From Ostreococcus lucimarinus (taxonomy: Eukaryota): DNA of 64,000 nt. The notes beneath the pieces were generated by a model. That model ran no database searches. It had not been told where the DNA came from and saw only the letters and a program-made list of their open reading frames with translations. Both the position numbers and the translations under genes were made by a program. The DNA lies in the NCBI GenBank assembly GCA_000092065.1, contig CP000587.1. One strand, given 5' to 3'. Each line of letters opens with the position of its first letter. Position 1 is the stretch's first letter. Shown piece after piece: positions 39,303 to 51,300 of the stretch.

Positions 39303-42300
39303 CTAATCTAAAATCGAAGACACGGTATCCTGCACTCCAATTCTCTTTGCGAGGATGTCACTGAACGCCTCGTTCCAGATGAGGACAGTCTGCATCGTCG
39401 CCACGGGAAGCAGCGACATGAAGAACAATATAGTAAAGATTATTAAACCGAAGAACTTGTCCATCTCTTTGTACCAGAAGTCTGAAAACCCTCGCGCTGC
39501 GGCCAAGCCGCGTCGCGCGCGGTACACAAATGGTTGCAACGCGCGACGCACACCGTTTCCTCGAGGTTCCGGTTCGCCATCCACTGTTTTCATCGGGAGC
39601 CAGCTTTCACCGAAAGTAATGATACTCTTGTCACTCACGAAGGAGCACGCCTCGATGAATATCGCCACGACGCACCAAGCGCCGAGCCCAGTCATGAACC
39701 ACGTGCGGAACAAGCTGTTGCTGCCGGTTTCGACGTGCAAAGCGAAAAAGTACAACCCATTCCAGACGAGGAAGAGTCCCAGACGTACCAGTCCGCGATA
39801 CACGCTAATTTTCCACAGTTTGTCGGGGAATTGTAACCACGCGTCGCGTGCGAATACCACTGAGTTCATCGCAGATGTGTACAAGAACACGACGAAGCCC
39901 ATTGCAATCGTCGCAGCGGCGATGCGACCCGAGTTCACGCTGAACTGTTCCATTTGCGTCAGCCCTGTGTATAGCGCGCTGCCGTGCAGAGAACCAATCA
40001 CAACAAGCAAGAGGATGACACGTCCGAAACTACTCATGAATAAGACGCCCGCTTTGTTGAATAAACCAATTCTGTTTCGATAGTTGGTGTTCATCGTCGA
40101 GTGCCACTCTTTCCAGGAACCATTCGCGATTTTGGGCTTGTCGAAAGTACCATCGAGCCAGTCTCGCCAATCGTTCCAGCTATTTCGCATCCAGTAAGTG
40201 TTCGTGCTTTGTGGCGAAAACCACCAGGGCGTTATGATGATGCAGATACCAAAGCTCCAAACCGACCAAGAGTACAGCAGTGATTTTGGAAGCACCGTGT
40301 TCGCGTGAAACAACAGTAAAAGAAGCAACACTTCCATACCAAAGTACAGGTGAGACTTGGCGTACAAGCCGTAAAGTACCACCATGTTCGCATTTTGTAG
40401 CACAAAACCCCGCTCGGTAGCGATATACTGCGCTTTACCGAAAAGGAGACCAACCATGTAATTGTAACCTTTCGTCGTCATGGCAAAAATGTTGAACGCC
40501 CACGAACCACGAACAAGTGACGAGGCGGTGTATTCGATACCATCGCGCAATCCTCTATCCATCACCATCTTCAAGAAGAGAGGTAGGACTGTTAGTAATC
40601 CTAGCTGGATCGCATAAATGGAGTTGTAATAACCACCTTCTTCTTTAGACAGCGACAGTGTTGTTTGTGTCTCTGTCATTTTGAAATAACGATAGACACG
40701 ATAGATTTCAAGATCTGCAATCGCGAGCCCGGCGTGCACTAGAATGTACAAATAAACACACCAAGCCGTCTGCATAACGCTAATGAAGAAGCCTGGGCCA
40801 CTAAAGTACATAGACATCATTCTGAAAAAGTCCATCGAGCGGTGTAGTCTGTAAACGTCACGAGACATTGAGATTGTCCCCGCAGAGCCTGAAATCTTTT
40901 GTTCGAAACCATTTACGGATGTAAAACCCATATCTCTTCCTTTACCCACCTCGATGAACTCTTCAAATAACACTCGGCCGCCACGAACGATCGCGTTCAC
41001 GCCACCGAAGAAATCCTCGGCGACGTGGATCATCTTTGAGGCCTTAGACACGCCACCATTTGTCATGGTGAATGCCTTGTCCCACACGTCGGGGTGACCG
41101 TAGTGGAAGCGCACCATGAGTGGCCACGTCATGAAACGTTGAAACGTTTGGAAAATGAACTCTGAAATCGCCGCGAACTGTGCGACGGCGCCCGTAGTCT
41201 CACTAAATATCACCTCAGGAAAGCCGACGAGGACAACGTCCTCAGAGAAAACATCGAGCAAGTTTCGCATCTTCAACGCCTCCGGGAAGTAGCCATCTTG
41301 ATTCATGTCCAGCGTTTGCAGGTAAGCACCTCTGCTGAAAATGACGGCGTGGTTTTGGTTTTCAGGTTTTCCTTCTCCAATTATTGGATTTCCTGGTAAT
41401 TCTACCTTGCACGCGAGAGATAACGTTCTATTTTCTCGATCGCATCCGACGAGACACGAAGCGAACGTGTCGTTTGTGTCAGACTTTGTCTGCACGAAGC
41501 ACACTCGAAGCTCTGGATGATTCAAGATGAGCTCGTTTATATCCTCCGCTTTCTGTCTATCAGCGGAACCTTGTGGAGCATTCAGCATATTTCCGTACAC
41601 TTGGCAAGACACGAGATATTCGAACTTGTCGCAGACCAATGTCTCAATCTCATCTTCGTCGTACCCTTCCGCTCGCGCAAGAAAGCGCAACGCTGCCCCA
41701 TAACTGCAGACACCACGCACGCAGCGACTGAGCGACTGCGTATGGTCGCTCGTCCAGATGCGGAGTTCTTCCCAGTACTTCTCAGTCACTGTGGCGTCGT
41801 CGCACGCCAAGGCCCCAACGCGCTCTTTGAAGTTTTCGTACTCATCTGGATACGTTGCTTGGATGATGGACAGCAGCGTCTTTTGATCTTCAAGAGGCTT
41901 TATCAATTCATCCTTCACGTAAGAAACCTCTTCAGCGTAATAAGGCGTGAACGCAGTCCACGCACGCATGTTACGCAACTTGGTGGGCATTTTCAGCGTC
42001 GCAAAGCTCAGAGAATTGGCAAAAAACATAAGTTGCCGACGAGCTTCGAGATTACGCGGCTCACCACCAGGATTGATGTTGTTCATTGAATTCAACAAAC
42101 AATCGACAATCTTCCGGTTGTTTACCAGCGTCGCGGAGGCGGACACTACTCGCACATGCTCAGTGTCACGCAGCGCATCGATGCGCACCATTTCAAGAAG
42201 TTGCGAATAAAGCTGCGACACACGATACTTTCTCTGATTGTTTGCGTTCGACCAACGACCATCGTTTTCCATGGCAAACGAACAGATCTTCCGAACCGCG

Positions 42301-45300
42301 AGAAGTATTTCGTGTAACGCTTCAGCGAGCGTGCTCGATTGCGCGTCGATATCTGCATCAGTTTGGATATTCGACCACTTGATGAGCTTTCGGCGACCTC
42401 TTCGCCAACGTTTACGAATGTTCGGTCGCTCTTCGCTTTCGTCCAGGAGAGCTCGTTGCTCTGCGCTCATTTCGTCCCAGTTTTCTTGAACGACGAAGCA
42501 TCCGCGCAACAGACCGCTCTTTTCCTTCATCTTTTTGCGTTTCTCTTTGGGAATAATACCGGTACAGCCAAATTTCATCTCGAGATTGATTGCCTCGACC
42601 ATTTGTTTCTGGCGATTTTTTTCCTTCTCGCGGATAGCCCTGAGTTGTCGCCGTTTTGTTCGTTGCTCCTTCCTCAATCGAGCTCTTTCGGCGCCGGCTG
42701 TATCGCCGAGAAGAAGGAGTTGCGCCTCTTCATCATCACTTTCAGTCTCTGAACCTTCAACATCTTGATCTTCATAATCTTCGATTATGGGAGTCGCATC
42801 AGTCGACGCACTCATCGCTTGCAACGTTAAGAGAAGCTTGATGATGGAGTCACGGAGTTGAATATAGCCACCGACGTCGTCGCGGCGACGTTGAGACATT
42901 TGCTCCCCCTCTATCGCGGCTAAGTCGGTTATGACCCGCATCAAAAGCGAAGAATCGCCGGGGGAGACGACTCGAAGCACTTCAGTCATCACCACACAAA
43001 GCAAATCCTTGGTTTGGATCAGCGTCGTGCCGAAAGAAGGGTACTGCGCCATTGTCCCAGTATTGAAGTTTGCCCTCGAGAAGACTGAAGAGGTGAGCAT
43101 CGGGGGCAGTATGATGTACTCCGGGGCGTCAAATATTTGCTCAATATCACGACCCTGGAGGAAAACAAACTTCAAGTCGGTACACTCCTTGTTTGTGATG
43201 TGGTCACGTGCGCGCAACGAATCGACAATCGAATTCCACCCACGCGAAAAGTGTTGCCATTTGACATCCATCGCCTCCGGTAAGAAGTCAGCTGGATTTG
43301 GAGCGGCGGTCTTTACACCAGACTCCATAAGGACCTCATCTTCTACAACGGTTAGCGCAACAGAATCAAGTAAACCTTCGTGAAGATCGCCGCCACCGTA
43401 GCCACCGCCCGAACGTATTCTTTGTTCTTTGGCACCAAATGCATCATCGTCGCTATCGCCGGAAGCGTTACCACTCGTGGTGGCATCGCCTGTCAAAATG
43501 ACTGGCTTTGGCCACGACTTATTCAAGACTTTTTCGCAGAATAGATTTGGAATCTGTTGAAAGTCTCTCAAAAAGTTCGCCCATCGTTGAGCGTGCGACA
43601 CTTTTCCTCTCCACTGAAGGAAAATTGTGAAGACTGATGCGTAGCACGTGTACCACAAAAACGTATCGCAAAAGTACGTCGCCACGGCTGGAAGCATCCG
43701 CGCGATTACCATGACAGTCATCAAAAATTGAGACGCGTGCACGTCGTAGTATGCTTCCGGTAATTGACCTTCAATTTCTTCACCAATATAACCGAGGGCT
43801 GGAAGGCTGAGCTTTTTGCCGCCGATTGCACTGCTCACGACATTCGACGCAGCGTCCACGATGTCAGATACCGTAGACTCCAACCTAGAATGTGGCATCG
43901 ATGAAGGACTAGCAGCAGCGCTACTCCATCCCCGATATTGACCGTTGTATGGATCAACGGAATAGTTCACGTCATAAGCGATCGAAAACTGACTTTCGTC
44001 TCCCCAAGATGCGCCAGTGAAATCGCCACCACCGGCGTGCGAAAATAGCAAACTTCTCCGGCGCTCGGGAATGGGCTCGTAGTAAGCGAGATTGATATCG
44101 CTTTCTTCGTAGTCGTCGTCGTCTTTTGTAAGCTCGGTAAAGTACGTGACTTTTGGCTTAAACTTCAACGCTTGGACGAGCGCATCGCCTTCGAGGTTGA
44201 TGCACGAAGTGTACTCATCGCTCTCTTTGTTCCAGCACAGATCCCCTTTCTTCAGCGCATTCACCGCCTCGCGCAGAGGAGTGATGAGGAGGAAGTGACC
44301 AAACGCAATCTTTGTGGAGAGCACGACGAGCCAGAAAAGAGTGTAAATAATGCGCTCGCGGACAGGCGTCGCCATTTGCGTCGGCGAGCCAACAAATGGC
44401 TGGCGCCGAACCATAGAGGACATCAGGCCACTGTTTGCGAGTGCGTACACCGCCGCCAAACCTTCAAAGTACTTCGTACTGTTATCGGCGCGAAGCGAAC
44501 GCTCCAGCACGTAAAACATTGGCACCGATATAAACATTCCAGCTCTTGTCGAGGTGACCATCCAGTCGCCAAAAGACTCTTGCGAAATGTTACGGAACCG
44601 GATTACCGCGACTTCCTGTCCAAACTTTAGCAACGCATGCGTCACCATCGACGTCGAGAGGTACGACCAATTCCAACCGTGCGCGAACACGTAAGCGGTC
44701 GATAAATGGAATGCGACGGCGTGGAACAAGATGATGGAATGAAAGTTGACGAACATGCTCAACCAACCTGAGGTTTCACGATGCGTTTTGAAAAAAACAT
44801 TGGTGAGAACGGCTGAGGAATCGCCTGAAGCCATCGCGCGCGACATGAATGAACGCAGGTGCTCGTACATTCTGGCATCTCTAGAAAGATTTTTCATGTT
44901 TCGAGGTACGCCAACGTAATCAGTTTCTTCTTCGCCGCGGTCGGGTTCTTCTTCCGGCGGGAGAAGTCGCACCAATCTGTCGTATTGCCAGAAAAATTCG
45001 TTGACATCGTCGTACATGACGCGCTCCGAAATGGGCGCAGAGGCACGATCAGAAATTTCTCGCTTTAAGAAGGTGTAAATCGGAGTGATCACGGTGCGAA
45101 GGAAATCCTTTTCACCGTAAGGCATGACGTCTGCGGATACGGGTTTGCACATGATGCGCTCTTCGCCTTCACCGGGAAGCCTATCGTCAAGCGTAAGTGA
45201 GCAAAGTGCCGCGTGAAAGATGAAACAGAGACATTCACTCATGTGGCGGAGATTGGCACATTCCCCGTATATCAAAAACCAAAGGCACAGGTGGTGAAGC

Positions 45301-48300
45301 TTTGCGTTCAATTCGACCGCGACGGATTGTTCGCGACTTGCACGCGTCCAGAGTTTGTTTGCGTCAGACATGTACACCGAAAGTAGCATTTCTCTAGAAT
45401 CCTGATCATCGTCACGAGCGATGCGTTTTGCGTGCGAAGCGACGGAGTCCACCATGCCAGTGTACGCGCCCCAGTTGTTGTAGTTCTGGAATAAATGCGC
45501 GTGAAGTTCGTGTACAACATCGTTCCAGTATCGATCCAAGTAATCGGTTGAGTAACTCGATACATCTTCTTTTTGTGTGAGCAATTGCTCAAGCCAGACG
45601 GATAAACTGTCAACGCTGTTTGCGAGGTTTGACGGGACGTCGACTTCCTCATTCGTGAATGTAGAGTCCTTCGCGCTCTTCTGGAAACCGAACATATCCG
45701 CGAGGTGTGAAGCAATAGGCTCGATCCTACGTTTGATTTCGGTGACTCTCTCGTTTTTGTTGGCCGTCATGTCACCCACTGATGTCAAATCTTCCTTCAT
45801 ATCCGGGATGGTGCTCGGCATCGGTCTAGCATAGCGAACAGGCGTCGATTTCAGGCCGAGGACCTTCCGGATGAAAACTCTGGACGACAGAAACCAAGTT
45901 TTTACCGAACGCGACGTCATCGCCCGATTGATTGTCGTCACCAAAGTGCGGCGGCGCATTTCGACGCCTAGCACAGATGCATATGCTCTGTTGAACAACA
46001 TCTTTGCGTGAACGTAAGAAATTGGCACGAGGGACAGCAGAGCGAGGCAAATATGCAGAGCCAATCCGATCACCTCATCCACATCTCGGAAGAAAAAGTC
46101 ACTGAAGATGCGCATCGTTCGAGCTATGTGCTTGAACATAGGCAGTGGAATATCGGAGATCAGTGAGGATATATGAACGACACAGTGCACCGTGCAGAAT
46201 GCCGCCAAGGCGAAAACGATTTTGTTCTGGCGCTGTTCAGTATCGAGCGTTTCGCTGAATAAACGTCCGCAGAGCTTCATGTGGAACACAACCAAAAAGA
46301 CTCGGACGCACATATTGTACATCAAGATGACGCTGCGTTTACCGACCTCGCTGGATGTGAGACCCAGTCTTTCCCCGATTGCGATTACGCGCTGCGGCCA
46401 GAAGAACGACGGCGACGTACTCATGAAATAGACTCCGGTGAGCAACAATCCGGCGATACCTGCAGTGACAACGACGACGCCTCGTACAGCCGGAATCCCG
46501 TCGAAATCGCTCACACGGACTGCCGCCGTACTACACACCATAAGGATGAGTGGGACAGGGAGAATGCGGAACGTGATGTACTCCATCTTGAGATGTCTCG
46601 GCATGGCGCGTAGTGACTTCATACGCTTGGCCTGCCACATCCACCAAGTGCCATCTTGATTGACTGCTCCTTGATTGCCAAGTTTAAAGGGATCAAGCCA
46701 GAATAGCCAAGAAGTGAAGTTTATCGCGGGGATACCCTCCTTGAAACTCTGTGGATGAAAGAACCAAGGTGAAAACATCCAAAGAATGACGGCGATCCAT
46801 ACATGCCAAGTTGTCGTCACAAAGACGTACCCTGCGCTGAACGTAGATAGTTCTGTGAGCAGAAGAGTCATCGCTAAAGTCGACATCGATGGAATGATGT
46901 GTGAAACCGCGTACTGCATGTAAAGGTCGGAAAAAGAGGCGTTCATACTCATACTGCGTTTGGTACCGCGGTACGACGCTTCGCCAGAGGCGATCGAAGC
47001 ATCGATAGCAGAGCCTCTCGATTTGGCGATGAACATGTGGTACACAAACGATCCCGTAACGATCCCGTGATAGGTATCTTTGACCATCTTTACTAAACCA
47101 CCGGTGATCCAACCGTGCAACATACCAGGCCAGGCCATCACCAAGCTCGCTTGAAGCATCCATTGCGATGGATACAGTGTTTCAAGGCCAATTTCTTGGT
47201 GGAAACCGACGTTATCGAAGGCATCGCCAGTTGTGTAATACGTTTCAATGCTAAACATTGCGATCACTGTCTTACACAAGACAAAGGCGGCCATGGATGT
47301 AAACAGCATGAATTCTGTGTAGAATAACCCAACCGACGACTGGAAAAAGCTCAAGCAGCGGAAAATGTCCATGCTCTTTGAAAGTCTATGAAAGTCACGC
47401 GAGATAAGCTGCATACCGTTCCCAGTAGCGATTTTTTTATTGAATTGGTTGTTACCATCGAATGAAACTTCTCGTCCCTTGCCACAGGTGGTAAAGTTCA
47501 CGTACTCGATTTTGCCACCCCGTTGCACGACATTCATACCTCCGTACACGTCCTCTGACAAGTGCAGTCTTCGAGAAGCCTTAGAGACTCCACCACTTGA
47601 GCGGATGAATGCACCATCCCATATGTCAGGGTGGCCGTAGTGCATGCGGACACGAAGAGGGTTCGTCATGAAACGCTGCAACAAAGTCCCAAAGACCGCC
47701 TCAGAAGTGGCCGCAAAACTCGACACTGACCCCTGACGCCCAGAAATCAGTTGTTCGGTAAAGCCGATGAGCACTATGTCTTCGTCGGATCCATACAACC
47801 TCAGAACGTTACGAAGTTTTAACCCTTCTGCGAGATGTGCATCTTGGTTCATATCAATCGTTTGCACATACATGCCACGCGACCAGACCAATCCCATGTT
47901 TTGGTTTTCGGGCTTGCCTTCGCCAACAATTGGATGCCCAGGAAGTTGAACACGATGCGTTCGCTTGAACTTTCCGTCTGCGCCGCGACTGAGCTTTGCA
48001 ATTGCGAAGTTATCATTGTCGCCACTCGGTTGTTCGACATAATTTACCGTGACATGCGGGAATTGTTCCACGAGCGCCTCCACTTCACCGTTCATCGTAT
48101 ATCCCGGTGAGTTGTAGACTTGGCAACACAGGACGTGCTCGAACTTTGCACGAACCAATGGTTCAATCTCATCTTCAGGGACGCCTTCCAGACGTGCCAA
48201 TAATCGTAGGGCATCGATGTAAGAGGCAAAGCCTCTCACCGTACGATATAAAGTTTGACCTTCGCCGCTCGCCCAGTTCATGGTTTCTTCACTCAGACGT

Positions 48301-51300
48301 TTTTCCTCATCGGTGAATGTGGACAAAGCAGTGATCTTGTCCAACATCGCGCGATCAAAAAAGTGCTCGTAGTTTGAGTCTTTCACCTTCACACCAGTGC
48401 GCTCGATCATGTTTTCCCACGAAGACGGTGCCATGCTGACCATGAAGCGAAATCCCGTGACGGATTCGCCATCGATTGTTGATGTCAACGTGTCCAACGA
48501 AGTGCGAATTTCTTCGGTGTAAACCGGAGTTAGCGTCGTCAGCATCGGCATCTGACGAACAGTCATTGGTTTCTTCATTGCAGGATCGCCGAGGCTTGAC
48601 ACGAAAAATCGAAAGATGTCTTTCGCTTCGTCCAAAGAAGGTTCGGCCGCGGGGTTCGCCGTAGAGAGCATCAGATCCATTTGTTTGATGACGTACGATC
48701 CAGCCTTGGAGGACGCCGCACTTCGAATTTTGGCTGATGACGAATCGAGAGCATTAAAATCCATGATTTGCTGAAGCTTCTCGCACGTTTTAACCAAGAG
48801 TACGTTCGTTTCTTTGTGCGTTGCGCGCTCATTCTCGCGGTCCTTTGCGATCTCAGTGCTGATGAGTTTGAGCAAATTTTCCATCTGCGAGCGAATTCGA
48901 CTGGTATCAAACGCACTTTCGTCATCTTCACGAACTCGCAACAGCTTCAATAGTCCCGCCGATTGCTCGCGCAGCGACCCGAGCCATTTTATCGCATGGG
49001 AATGCTCACTCAAGCTCAGCGACATGAGGTCAACGAGAGACTTGAGCAATTCTACAAACTGCACACGGTCTCTGGCGTCGACAACTCCGAGGACACAGGT
49101 AGCGATGAAAGCGAGCAAGTCAATCGATTGCGCAATCACGGATGACGAAAACGCAAACCGCATCTTTTCATTGCGCTGAACGCCAATTCCACTAAACAAA
49201 GAGCCACTGAGCATGATAGGGAAAACGACGTACCGAGAGCCGAAGAAGCTCTCGCTCGTGGGTCCATCCAGGATACGGAACAAAAGAAGATCGGTCTCTT
49301 CGTTACTCAAGAGGTCTCTTGAGCGCGTCGACTTCACGATCTCGTTCCATGCTTTCGCGAAAGAGAACCAGGCATCCGAAACGCTTTCTGAACACAATGC
49401 TGTTGAAGAGTCCGAAGGTGGTTCCGGCTTGGGAGAAGACGTCAAAACTTTTTCCGCAAATAAATCCACGTTTTGCGGCATATCAAGAACTGTGCGTGCC
49501 CACCCGCTGGCAATACCTGTGTTCTTGTAGCGCTTGTATGCGCTAGCGACGCCAAGCGTCGTGATGAAGTAGAAGAACGTGTTACCAAAGTACAGCAATA
49601 CACTCGGCATCCATCGCTCGAATAACATGAGCGCCTTGAATCCATATCGTCTCGCCAAACGAGTCATTTCGATTAGCTGTGGAGAGAGGAGCTCGTTATA
49701 GTCGTACGCATCACAGTCAGCCCCTGCGAAGTTATAATTCCAGCAGTACAGATCGAGTTCCAGAATCGCTTTCGTTGGTGCGATGAGGGGGTTGACCATC
49801 AAAATATAATCGAGGGTCAACTTCAACGTAAAGGTGACGACCCAGAAGATGATATACGACCGTCGGTCTTTGCTTGATATGGGATTGTTCACCTTCTCTG
49901 TGAAATATCTGTCCGTTTTGTCACCGGAAGTGAGTTGGTAGCCAGAGATATTGGCCAAAACCAGCACAGCGTAGGGGAAACCGACTGCAGCAAACGTCTT
50001 CACATTGATGAAGTCAGTGGCACAAGCCATCCCGAGTAGCAGAACTACTATAGCGAAAGCGGCGCGTCCGACTGATTCTACTCGACTATGGAACAACGCA
50101 ATTCGGTCGAAGAAAATGACTCTCGACTCGATGATCAGGTCAAATACGGCTGCCGTCAGCGCCGTCGTCGAGTACATTGCCGGTTCTGCAAATTTCACAA
50201 ATGCGTGCACAATCATAACGTGCATCATCAACGACAGGAGCGCGAAAATGCGATGGAAGTTGACATACATCGTCATCCAACCCAAATGCTCTCTGTAAGT
50301 TTTTCTGAAAACAACGCTCAAACTCTGATCTTTCTCCTTAGCGGCTCCCGCAGTGCGCACAAAATGCCTGAATTTAGCATACGAGCTTGTGCCCATCTCA
50401 GCGTCTATGTTCAGCATACGCTTCAACTTTGAGACATCAATAAATGTTTCATTCATATCATCGTAACCCATGCGAAGATGCAAAGGAGCAGCACTTTTCA
50501 TGTGCAATGCGAGGAAATTGTATAGCGGTCTCACAATTGAGGTGAGAAAATCATCCGCTTCAAAAGCCAAACCGGAGTCGGGTACAGCCGAACACATGGT
50601 GCCTCGGTTCACGACAGCCGCCGCCATGATGTGAAATACAAACATCATAAACTCTGGCATAAACCTCAAATTGGCAGACTCTTGGTAAATGAGCTCGAAC
50701 AGTACAAGCTGGCATAGCTTCGCATCAGTGCTTCCCTTCAACATCGAAGACGCCAGCGTCTCAGTTCCACGCGGAGAAAAATCTATGCCAGTGTAACTCA
50801 TGTATCGCTTATAACTCGCAAACGTTTTCTGATGAAGAGCCTGCGCGGCCCAGTCTGATTTGTTCGAGCTCGGCGCGTCTTGGAGTTGAGACGTGTTCCA
50901 AAGAAGCATCGCGCACTTATCGATGCAGCTTTCTCGTATGCTTGCGACGCCTTCGCTACCGTTTTGGAATCCAAATAAATCACCGAGACTTTGCGCGATG
51001 GGCGCAAGCCTAGTTTTCCACTGCTCAATATCACGCTCGATGGAGCTTGCTCCCGATGGCTCCGGGCCAAGACGAGTGAGAGAATCTTCTTCGAATTCGA
51101 CAGGTGGAGATTCTTTGCTGAGTTCACCGACGAGTTGCCGAGACGCTTTGGAAGGCGTACCCAACGCGCGTACAGCTCGTTTCTGGATATCCGCCGTCGC
51201 GCGATCGTCCGCAATAAACAGTCGAACGATCAAGAAATTCGATCGAGAAAGAGAGACTAATGCATCTCGCACGTATCGACGCGTTATACGCCAACGAATG